The notes under the pieces were generated by a model. That model searched no databases. It had not been told where the DNA came from and saw only the letters and a program-made list of their open reading frames with translations. Position numbers and translations under genes: made by a program. This document shows, piece after piece, positions 10,757-19,703 of a stretch of 64,000 nt of DNA (position 1 is the first letter of the stretch; every line of letters begins with the position of its first letter). Source of the DNA: an uncultured Planctomycetaceae bacterium (GTDB lineage: Bacteria; Planctomycetota; Planctomycetia; Planctomycetales; Planctomycetaceae); contig CAVQRG010000006.1 of NCBI GenBank assembly GCA_963715185.1, positions 232,603 through 296,602 of the forward strand. The letters run 5' to 3'.

Positions 10757-11875
10757 TCAGAACTCGCCGAGGATCTCGTTGCCCTGAATGGTCAACAATC
10801 CGCGGTAGAGCACGCGGTCAATGTTCTCGCCGATGAACCGCGCGCTGCCATCCGTCAACAGTGCCTGCGCACCCCCTGCATGTCGGCTCCGCATCGCGCC
10901 GCCACCCTTCCCGTCACTGCCGCAGTCCCGGCACTCCAACTGCTGGTCGCCGCCACTGCCCCCGCAGAACGGCGGACAGTCGGCCCAAGCCGTGTAGGCA
11001 CCGTTCAGCGTGGCAGGAGCATTCGGCGTGGCGATCCCATCGGAACCATCCTGGGGCCGCCAGGGTGCGACCTTCCGCGATCCCGTGTAGGCGCTGATGG
11101 CATTCATCGGAGCGGCCCAACAACCGCGGCACTCTCCGTTTCCACCTGTATGCAGCACTTCTCCGACCGAGACTGTGTTACTGGTACCATCGAGGATGTC
11201 GCGGATGCCCGCTCCCCAGCGACGATTGCCGGAACCGCGAATCCCGAACACGCCGAGATTCTTGCTCGGGCTGGCCCAGTTGGGAGTCCCGTCCATGCCA
11301 TTCTGGCCCGTATTCTCACCGGCATACGCGCCGCCATAGTTGCCTGCGTAGTTCCCTTTATGCCACCTGGAATTGTTGCCCGAGATGTTGCCGGCCGGCA
11401 GACCGCCCCCCGACCCGTTCATCGTGTTGCCGGTAGCGATCACCACCTGCAGGTCGCTGGGGCAGACCATGGCGGTCAGCACGGCGCCGGTCACCAAGGG
11501 CTGCTCCGTGCCGGGCGAGTTGGAGTCCCACAGGTTGTAGAGCGGTGCCTGATCGAGATAGGGGAGCAGCGCAATGGCCCAGGTCGTACTCCAGTTGCCA
11601 TGGCGGAAGTTGCCTGCACACTCGTTCCAACCATTGGCATTACTTCCCGAATTGCAGGTGTCGCCCAGCGGGAACTGCTTGAAGACGTCATGATAGTTGT
11701 GCAGCGCCAGCCCCAGTTGCTTGAGGTTGTTCTTGCACTGCGTCCGCCGGGCCGCCTCCCGTGCCTGCTGCACGGCCGGCAGCAGCAAGGCAATTAGGAT
11801 CGCGATAATCGCAATCACCACCAGCAATTCAATGAGTGTGAATCCGTGACGATGCAGTCGTCGCATTGACATCAC
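10757..11875 (-). CDS. DUF1559 / H-X9-DG protein with prepilin-type N-terminal signal
   Basis: 372 aa intact ORF: [64 protein letters not shown]...[24 protein letters not shown]...GEF. Confidence 0.9.
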   Translation of the reverse strand: MMSMRRLHRHGFTLIELLVVIAIIAILIALLLPAVQQAREAARRTQCKNNLKQLGLALHNYHDVFKQFPLGDTCNSGSNANGWNECAGNFRHGNWSTTWAIALLPYLDQAPLYNLWDSNSPGTEQPLVTGAVLTAMVCPSDLQVVIATGNTMNGSGGGLPAGNISGNNSRWHKGNYAGNYGGAYAGENTGQNGMDGTPNWASPSKNLGVFGIRGSGNRRWGAGIRDILDGTSNTVSVGEVLHTGGNGECRGCWAAPMNAISAYTGSRKVAPWRPQDGSDGIATPNAPATLNGAYTAWADCPPFCGGSGGDQQLECRDCGSDGKGGGAMRSRHAGGAQALLTDGSARFIGENIDRVLYRGLLTIQGNEILGEF

Positions 11876-12122
11876 CTTTCAATCGGAGGTTCAGGAATGG
11901 AGGAACGACGGTCGGAAACAGACACTGATCAGAATCTCCTGCCCGCGAATCTGCAGGCTCAGAGAGCGATCTTTGACAGGGTTAGAAAAGTCTAACCAAA
12001 AAGATTAACATCTGTCAAATCATGACATCTTCTCGATGCGACTGAGCTCGAAGCGCATGTCCCGTCCCACGTGAACTCACTCCACGTGGGCAACTCGCGA
12101 TTCCCTTCTCCCCACGCAGCCT

Positions 12123-14138
12123 ATGAAGACCCTGATCCTGGCGATCCTGACACTCGTGGCGGGGACACTGGCACGATTCGCGCCACCGCGCTCGCCGCGC
12201 AGACGCGCATGGACCGCTCTCGCGCTGGTAAGTCTGGTGATCGCAGCGATCGGACTGATGATTCCTGCGGTGCAGGAAGACGCCGTGGTTGATCTGAACG
12301 CGAACGCCGCGGCGGATGCAGGAATTGCCGCGGAAGCTCAGGCGCTCATCGCCGCACCGCTGGCGCCGTCAGCGAATCCGGAATATGTCGGCGCCGAGAG
12401 CTGCCGCGCCTGCCACGCAGATCAGTTTCGTACCTGGCATGATTCGTATCACCGCAGCATGACCCAGCGGGCGACGCCCGAGACGGTGGTCGCTCCCTTT
12501 GAGAACGTTGTGCTTCAGTCACGCGGCCGTGAGTTTCGGCTCGCGCAGTCGGGAGATCAGTTCTGGGTCGAACTGCCCGACCCGGAACTGGAGATGTCGC
12601 TGGGTGTCCGTGCGCTTCAGACGGGGATGAGCCAGGCGGAGGTCGCCGCGGCGGTGAATCAACATCGTGTGCGACGACCGATCGTCATGACGACCGGATC
12701 ACACCAGCACCAGACCTATTGGCTGCCGGGCCCGAACGGCATGCTGTTTCAGCTCCCGTGGGTGTACCACATTCAGCACTCACGCTGGGTGCCGCGCTAC
12801 GACTCGTTCCTGTCACCGCATCGGGACGAGGCGTTCTTCAACGTCTGGAACGTCACCTGTGTGATGTGCCATAGCACCGCCGGAGCTCCCAAGCCGAATG
12901 CCGCGACACGGAGGCTCGAGACCGAGGGGGAGATGGGGATCGCCTGCGAGGCCTGCCATGGTCCCGGAAGAACCCACGTCGAGGCCCACGCCGATCCCCC
13001 CGTCACCTGGGGCAGCCTCGCCGAGCGCGCCCCCGATCCCACCATCGTCAACCCCGCCCGACTCGCCCACGTGCGTGCTTCGCATGTGTGTGGGCAGTGC
13101 CATGCCTACTTTCATCGTACTGCCGAACAGTATCAACACTGGCTGGCCCACGGGAGCACGTATCGCCCGGGGGATGATCTGGAGGACCATCGACTGCTGC
13201 TGCGGTTCGACCCCGACGCGGAGCGCGAGTGGATTCGCGACTATCTTGCCGAGAATCCTGACGCCTTTACGCATCAATACTGGCCGGACGGAACGGTGCG
13301 CACGGGCGGACGGGAGCTGAGTGGCCTGGTCGAGTCGGCGTGCTATCAGGTCGGGGAGATGTCGTGTCTCTCCTGCCATTCCATGCACAACAGCGACCCC
13401 ATCGACCAATTGGCCGCCGGGCGGGAGGGGAATGAAGCGTGCACGCAATGTCATGGCGAGTCCCAGTACACGTCAGAGATCAGCGATCACACGCACCATG
13501 CGGCCGGTTCCAGTGGCAGCCTGTGTTACAATTGCCATATGCCCCATACGACTTATGTCCTGATGGGTGCGGTCCGCAGTCACCGGATCGCGATCCCCGA
13601 GGTCGTCAGCGGTGTCCGCGGGGCACGTCCGAACGCCTGCAATCTGTGCCACCTCGACCAGAGCCTCGCCTGGACATCACGGCAGCTGAACGTGTGGCAT
13701 GGGACCCCTGAGGTCGAGGTCACCGACGAAGAGCGCGAGATCGCGGCCAGCCTCCTGTGGCTGATCAAGGGAGATGCGACACAGCGGCTGATGGCGGCGT
13801 GGAGCATGGGCTGGCCTCCGGCCCAGGAAGCCTCGGGCACCGAGTGGATGCCACCGTTTCTGGCGATGCTGCTGCCAGACCCCTACTCGGCCATTCGGGA
13901 CATTGCGCACCGTTCCCTGAAGACGCTGCCGGGATACGAAGACGTCCGTTTCGACTTCCTGAGCGACGAGAGCCATTTTGAGTCCGTCACAGATGCCGTG
14001 CGTGAACGATGGAAGAACCGCGAGCCGACGAGCGCAGAATCGCGGCTGATGATGACGCCAGACCGCGCCCTCGATACAGCGCGGATCGACATGTTGTGGC
14101 AGGAGCGAGACAATCGGCCGATCGAGATCTCGGAGTGA
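12123..14138 (+). CDS. multihaem c-type cytochrome (8 CXXCH) with helical-repeat C-terminal region
   Basis: 671 aa with an N-terminal TM/signal segment. Eight haem-binding motifs: CRACH, CVMCH, CEACH, CGQCH, CLSCH, CTQCH, CYNCH, CNLCH. Confidence 0.85.
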   Translation: MKTLILAILTLVAGTLARFAPPRSPRRRAWTALALVSLVIAAIGLMIPAVQEDAVVDLNANAAADAGIAAEAQALIAAPLAPSANPEYVGAESCRACHADQFRTWHDSYHRSMTQRATPETVVAPFENVVLQSRGREFRLAQSGDQFWVELPDPELEMSLGVRALQTGMSQAEVAAAVNQHRVRRPIVMTTGSHQHQTYWLPGPNGMLFQLPWVYHIQHSRWVPRYDSFLSPHRDEAFFNVWNVTCVMCHSTAGAPKPNAATRRLETEGEMGIACEACHGPGRTHVEAHADPPVTWGSLAERAPDPTIVNPARLAHVRASHVCGQCHAYFHRTAEQYQHWLAHGSTYRPGDDLEDHRLLLRFDPDAEREWIRDYLAENPDAFTHQYWPDGTVRTGGRELSGLVESACYQVGEMSCLSCHSMHNSDPIDQLAAGREGNEACTQCHGESQYTSEISDHTHHAAGSSGSLCYNCHMPHTTYVLMGAVRSHRIAIPEVVSGVRGARPNACNLCHLDQSLAWTSRQLNVWHGTPEVEVTDEEREIAASLLWLIKGDATQRLMAAWSMGWPPAQEASGTEWMPPFLAMLLPDPYSAIRDIAHRSLKTLPGYEDVRFDFLSDESHFESVTDAVRERWKNREPTSAESRLMMTPDRALDTARIDMLWQERDNRPIEISE

Positions 14139-14219
14139 GGCGTCGCAGACGACCGACGCGGGCCCGGAACACACAAGTGACGGGAGCACGTTGCCGTCGC
14201 TCCCACCAGGAAGCCGACG

Positions 14220-15634
14220 ATGCAGCCCCCCAACATTCTCTGGATCTGTACCGACCAGCAGCGCTTCGACACGATTCTGCGCTGGGGAATCCGCATATCC
14301 GCACGCCGCACATCGACCGGCTGGTGGCGGAGGGAGTCGCGTTCACCGAGGCCTTTTGCCAGTCACCGGTCTGCACCCCCAGCCGGGCGTCGTTTCTCAC
14401 CGGCCGTTATCCGCGCACCACGCGGTGCCGCCAGAATGGTCAGACGATTCCCGCCGACGAACGTCTGCTGCCGCGCATCTTCGCCGATGCGGGATACGTC
14501 TGCGGATTGGCGGGGAAGCTGCACCTGGCCTCCTGTTCGGACGGCAAGGTCGAAGAACGAATCGACGATGGCTACTCCGACTTCCACTGGTCGCATCATC
14601 CACAGCCCGACTGGCCGGAGAACGCCTATCAGCAATGGCTGGCGGCACAGGGGGTGACCTGGCAGGAACTGTATGCGGGACCAGAGCGGCAGTACGTCAA
14701 AGCGGGTGTGCCCGCCCGCTACCACCAGACGACGTGGTGCGCCGAGATGGCCATCGACTTTCTGAGAAAACACACGTCGACGCCCTGGCTGTTCTCAGTC
14801 AACCTGTTTGCTCCGCATCACCCTTTCGATCCGCCGGCCGAGTATCTCGACCGTTATGACCCGGCGACACTCCCCCTGCCGAAGTACCGGGAAGGGGAGC
14901 TCGACACCAAGCCGCGGTTTCAGCAGCTCGACCATCACTGGGCGCACAATCGCCCGGGATCGATGGAGGTCGCGTCGCTGACAGACGACGACAAACGACG
15001 CATCACCGCCGCCTACTATGCCATGATCGAGCAGATCGACGACCAGGTCGGCCGGATGCTGGCGGCACTCGATGCGACGGGGCAGCGGGACAACACGCTC
15101 GTCATCTTCATGTCGGACCATGGGGAACTGCTGGGGGACCATGGCCTGTACCTGAAGGGACCGCACTTCTATGACGAGTCGGTGCGGGTCCCACTGGTGC
15201 TGCGCTGGCCCGGCACGTTTCAGGCCGGGCTGCAGTCCGACGCCCTCGTCGAACTGACCGATCTGGCCCCGACGCTGCTGGCTGCGGCGGGCCTCGATCC
15301 CGAGCCACAGATGCAGGGGCGATCGCTGCTCCCGTTGCTGCGGGGGGAGGCCGACCCGCACCAGCATCGGGACTACGTCTTCAGCGAGTACTACAATGCG
15401 TGGTCCCATCCGCACTCGTACGGCACGATGCTGCGGACGCGCGACGAGAAGATCGTCACCTATCACGGCAGCGAGCCGGGCGAGTTGTACGACCTCAAGA
15501 CCGATCCGGACGAGTTCGTCAACCTGTGGGACGACGACAGGCATTCCGCACGGAAATTGCGGCTGCTCAAGCAGTCGTTTGATGCCAGCGTGTTCACGCT
15601 GGACCCCCTGCCGGTCCGTCGTGGAGAATTCTGA
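14220..15634 (+). pseudogene. sulfatase (arylsulfatase family), frameshift near 14278-14285
   Basis: ORF 14220.. opens with the canonical MQPPNILWICTDQQRFDTI. The rest is in ORF 14009..15634: ALGNPHIRTPHIDRLVAEGVAFTEAFCQSPVCTPSRASFLTGRYP (C-x-P-x-R active-site box) ...FMSDHGELLGDHGLYLKG. Confidence 0.85.
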
Positions 15635-15854
15635 GACGGGGCCGCATCGTCGGACACCCGGACACGCGATAAGATGAGTCGTGGGCCGTCGGCATCGAAA
15701 TTCCGACGGGGCCCGCCTCACATCCTCGGTGACACGGACGTAACGAAGTAACACGGTGGCCACTCCGCAATCCGGCAGACCGAGCCCCGCATCGGGTCTC
15801 TGCGAGCGAGCTGCCGAATTCGAAGTGCTCCGTCAAGATGGCTGCCACAACTTC

Positions 15855-17169
15855 ATGGCCGATTCCTCCCCGGGTGATCTGCGATTCGTGACGGTGGTGT
15901 GCCGCGTCTGCGGGACCCGCCTCGATGAGCGCGTGGCCCGCACCGCCCGGGAGGTGACGTGCCCCGACTGCTTCTCCCCCTGCCGCGTCCCGCCCCTGTC
16001 CGAGATTCCTGATCCGCCACCGGCCCGGAAGCTGGGTGATGCGGGCACGTATCAGCTTCAGCATCCGCAATCCGATCGGTCACCATCGATGGATCGCCCC
16101 CGGGTGGATCGCCCGGATCCGTCGCAGCCGGGGGCCACCGTGCTCGTGAAGTGCCCGACCTGCCTGACAAGGATTGACGAGATCCCACACGGGCTGCCGC
16201 GGATGGTCCGGTGTCACGACTGCCACGAACCGGTACGGATTCCCTCCCGGGAAGAAGTCGAGGCACGGCGGGAACGGGAGCAACAGCGGCAGACCTATCG
16301 ACCGCCACCCGTCGAGGCACTGCCGGTTCCCGCTGCTGGAGCCCTCCCGGAGTTGCGAACCGGGTTTATCGAGAGCCAGGCCCAGATTCGGCGCGAACGG
16401 GATGCCCCTCCCCCCAACTGGACGTTTTTCTCGCGGGTGTACACCCTTCCCTGGCATGCGGAGATGTGGGGACGCTGGGTCGGCCTGTCGCTGGGGCTGA
16501 CGGCGATGACCCTGCTGGGGGCGTTGATCGTGTCGCTGACCCAGCAGGCTGGGTCGCCCATGTACTTGTTCATCGCATTTCTGGGCCTGCCAATGGTCTG
16601 GATTACGCTGTGGACCGTATCGTATGCGGCCGCCTGCTGCCTGGTGATCATCGAGGACACGGCCAATGGCAATGACCGGATCGTCAGCTGGGGGGAACAG
16701 AACTGGCGTGAGTGGCTGCTGAAAATGGCCTTTCTGGGAGCTCAGTGGTTGCTCGCTGTGGTTGTCGGCGACCTCACCGCTCGGACGTTGTCACTCGCCG
16801 GAGTCCCCTTTCTCCCCACTCTGGTAACCGTGACCTGGATCGCGTTTCCGGTCTTTCTGCTCTCGACGCTGGAGGGGAATTCGGTATTCACGCCACTCAC
16901 CTGGCCGATCCTACGCAGTCTCTGGACCAGTGCCTGGGGCTGGGCTCTGTATTTCCTGCTCGCGACGGGGGTGGTGTTCGGATTGGAGGCCGCCCTCTGG
17001 ATGCTGCAGCAATGGCTGCCCGGTCCCGTGGTGGCGCTCCCTGTTCGGGCCGGTTACGGCGGCAGCCCTGTTCATCTGGGCGAGACTGCTGGGTCGGCTG
17101 GGTTGGGTGATTGTCGCAGGATCACGCCGCACACGGGCCCGTCCGCCCCGTCCGATCGAAGACGACTGA
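15855..17169 (+). pseudogene. polytopic membrane protein with two N-terminal zinc-ribbon motifs, probable frameshift near 17040
   Basis: CRVCGTRLDE...VTCPDCFSPCRVP and VKCPTCLTRIDE...VRCHDCHEPVRIP, then several TM helices. After ...QQWLPGPVVALP the sense continues in ORF 16930..17169 (LFGPVTAAALFIWARLLGRLGWVIVAG...IEDD stop). The start could also be GTG 15756. Confidence 0.6.
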
Positions 17170-17305
17170 CGCCTGTGATCGCTGCAGGGTGCGCCGCGGC
17201 TGGGGGGGAAAGTCGCGTGTGCATTTTCGGCGGAGTTGGCGCGGGCCGGATTGCCTCTATGCTACGCGCAGGACGTTCCCCGGTTACCGCCATTTCGAGT
17301 CTCCC

Positions 17306-18940
17306 ATGTACCGCGTGCTGATTACCGACAACCTCTCCGCCGCCGGCCTGAGCGTGCTGGAGAACACTCCCGGCATCCAGGTCGACGTACGCTCGGGACT
17401 GACCCCGGCGGACGTCCGCGAGGCTCTCAAAGAGGCGGATGGCATCATCATCCGCAGCGGAACCACGCTCACCCCCGAGATTCTCGAGGGGCAGCAGCGA
17501 TTGAAGGTGATCGTGCGGGCCGGCGTGGGCGTCGACAACATCGATCTGCCGGCAGCCACGCGGGCGGGCATCATCGTGATGAACACCCCGGCCGGCAACA
17601 CCACGAGCACCGCCGAACATACCGTCGCCATGCTGCTGGCACTCTCGCGAAACATCGGCCCCGCCGCGCAGAGCATGCGGGAGGGACGCTGGGACCGCAA
17701 GAAGTACACCGGCACGCAACTGGCCGGCAAGACGATCGGCGTGATTGGCCTGGGTCGCATCGGGCAGACCGTCGCCAGTCGCTGTCGCGGCCTGCAGATG
17801 ACCGTCCTCGGCTACGATCCCTTTCTGGCTGAAGAGAAGGCGGCCGAGCACGGGATCGAGCTGTATCGCGATGTTGACGAACTGATCGGCCGCTGCGACT
17901 TCTTGACGGTGCATACCCCGTTGACGGACGAAACGCGCAGCCTGCTCAATGCCGACCGACTGCAACGCTGCAAGCCCGGGGTCCGGATCATCAACTGTGC
18001 CCGTGGCGGGATCGTTGACGAAGAAGCACTGGCCGATGCCATCGAATCGGGACACGTCGCCGGTGCCGCGATCGACGTGTTCACTTCAGAACCTCCGGCC
18101 GCCGAATGCCGATTGACGAAACTGCCGCAGGTACTCTGCACACCGCACCTCGGCGCCTCGACCGACGAGGCGCAGGAACAGGTCGCGGTCGAGGCGGCCG
18201 AGATCATCACCGCGTTTCTCACGCGCAACGAAGTCCGCTACGCCGTCAACATGGCGCCGATCTCGGCACAGGAAGTGGCGGGACTGAAGCCTTATCTCGA
18301 CATCGGCTATCGTCTGGGACTGCTGCTCGGGCAGTTGAATGGCTCGTCCGCCATTCGCGGTGCGCAACTCGAATTTCGCGGCGAGGCCGCCTCGAAGCCG
18401 ATGAAACTGATCGCGTCGGCCTTCACTTCCGGCCTGCTGTCCCAGGCGCTCGAGGAGAACGTCAACATTATCAATGCCGAGATGATGGCCCGCGAACGAG
18501 GCCTTCAGATCACCGAGTCGGGGACGTCGGAGGTCGGCGCCTTCGCCACGCTGGTAGCCGCCACCATTCAGACCGACCAAGGGCCTCGCTCCGCCGCCGC
18601 CACCATGTTCGGCAACGACTTTCTCCGCCTCGTTCGGCTGGGAGAGTTTCAGCTCGATGCCTATCTTGATGGCCTGATGCTGATCTACCGGCACCTCGAT
18701 GTACCGGGACTGATCGGGGCCATCGGCACCGTGTTCGGGGAGCATCAGGTCAACATCTCGCACATGGCCCTGGGGCGTGAGAAGAGCGAACCCGGAGGCG
18801 ATGCGGTCGCCATCCTGAACCTTGACAACGAACCATCAGCCGAGGCGCTGGCCCGGGTCTCGGCCCATCCCCATGTAACCGGAGTGCAGCTCGTCCGCCT
18901 GCCGCCCCCCGGTGCCCCGCTCCCCTGGCTGGGAATGTAG
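17306..18940 (+). CDS. serA: D-3-phosphoglycerate dehydrogenase (long form with ASB/ACT C-terminal domains)
   Basis: Internal ATG 17306 gives MYRVLITDNLSAAGLSVLEN...GKTIGVIGLGRIGQTVA (NAD fold) ...NCARGGIVDEEAL...TPHLGAST... and a C-terminal regulatory domain. Length 544 aa. Confidence 0.9.
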   Translation: MYRVLITDNLSAAGLSVLENTPGIQVDVRSGLTPADVREALKEADGIIIRSGTTLTPEILEGQQRLKVIVRAGVGVDNIDLPAATRAGIIVMNTPAGNTTSTAEHTVAMLLALSRNIGPAAQSMREGRWDRKKYTGTQLAGKTIGVIGLGRIGQTVASRCRGLQMTVLGYDPFLAEEKAAEHGIELYRDVDELIGRCDFLTVHTPLTDETRSLLNADRLQRCKPGVRIINCARGGIVDEEALADAIESGHVAGAAIDVFTSEPPAAECRLTKLPQVLCTPHLGASTDEAQEQVAVEAAEIITAFLTRNEVRYAVNMAPISAQEVAGLKPYLDIGYRLGLLLGQLNGSSAIRGAQLEFRGEAASKPMKLIASAFTSGLLSQALEENVNIINAEMMARERGLQITESGTSEVGAFATLVAATIQTDQGPRSAAATMFGNDFLRLVRLGEFQLDAYLDGLMLIYRHLDVPGLIGAIGTVFGEHQVNISHMALGREKSEPGGDAVAILNLDNEPSAEALARVSAHPHVTGVQLVRLPPPGAPLPWLGM

Positions 18941-19125
18941 AGCCACGGCGCGAAGCATCCGCCGCCAAGGCGAGCCGTTTCTCATTGCCTGCAATGAGGC
19001 CGCCACGATCACGGCCCGCACGTGGCTGATCGGGGATCTCACGTGCGGAGTTCGGGAATTCGCGAGTTTCGTGAACCTCGTACCACCGAGGCGCGACTCA
19101 GTGTTCAGCCACGCGAGTCAAAGCC

Positions 19126-19560
19126 ATGCCCCGATCGGCCGATGAGATCTACAATGAACTCCTTGTGCTGCGGTGCCAACGTCGCGATCCCAACGCCTGG
19201 CGAGAACTGATCGATCGGTATCACGATCGACTGTACTACTTCGTCCGCAGACTGGTCGACGACGACGAGCACGCCATGCACCTGATGCAAGATGTGTGGC
19301 TGATGGCGCTTCGCGGCATTGGCTCGCTGCAAGACGCGAGTCGCTTCGCACCTTGGATCTATACCATCGCACGGCGTGCGGTCATGAGCAGTCTGCGGCT
19401 GCACTACAGAAACCGCGAACAGACTGTCACTGAGCCGACGGAACCTGCCAAGCCGGATGAGGCGAACGAGACACTCGCCTTCGAAAACGCCGAACTTAAC
19501 GTCAAGGAGCACCTGCTGCGGATCGAGCTGCAACTGGCCGAATCGTCCCGACAACCGTAG
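19126..19560 (+). CDS. ECF-type sigma-70 family factor, apparently truncated before region 4
   Basis: Region 2 is clear (RYHDRLYYFVRRLVDDDEHAMHLMQDVWLMALRGIGSLQDASRFAPWIYTIARR). The ORF stops at TAG 19558. See the finding on the in-frame continuation. Confidence 0.7.
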   Translation: MPRSADEIYNELLVLRCQRRDPNAWRELIDRYHDRLYYFVRRLVDDDEHAMHLMQDVWLMALRGIGSLQDASRFAPWIYTIARRAVMSSLRLHYRNREQTVTEPTEPAKPDEANETLAFENAELNVKEHLLRIELQLAESSRQP

Positions 19561-19703
19561 TCCCTGCGGGGACAGCGCGTATGGACCGCGCCGAAGCTTG
19601 CGCCGTGACTCCACCAACGCTGGCCGACGGTCGCCTCAGCGCGCTAGAATGACAGGTCCTCACCAAAGTTCTCATTCCACGGGCCACGGGACCGGAGACT
19701 CTG

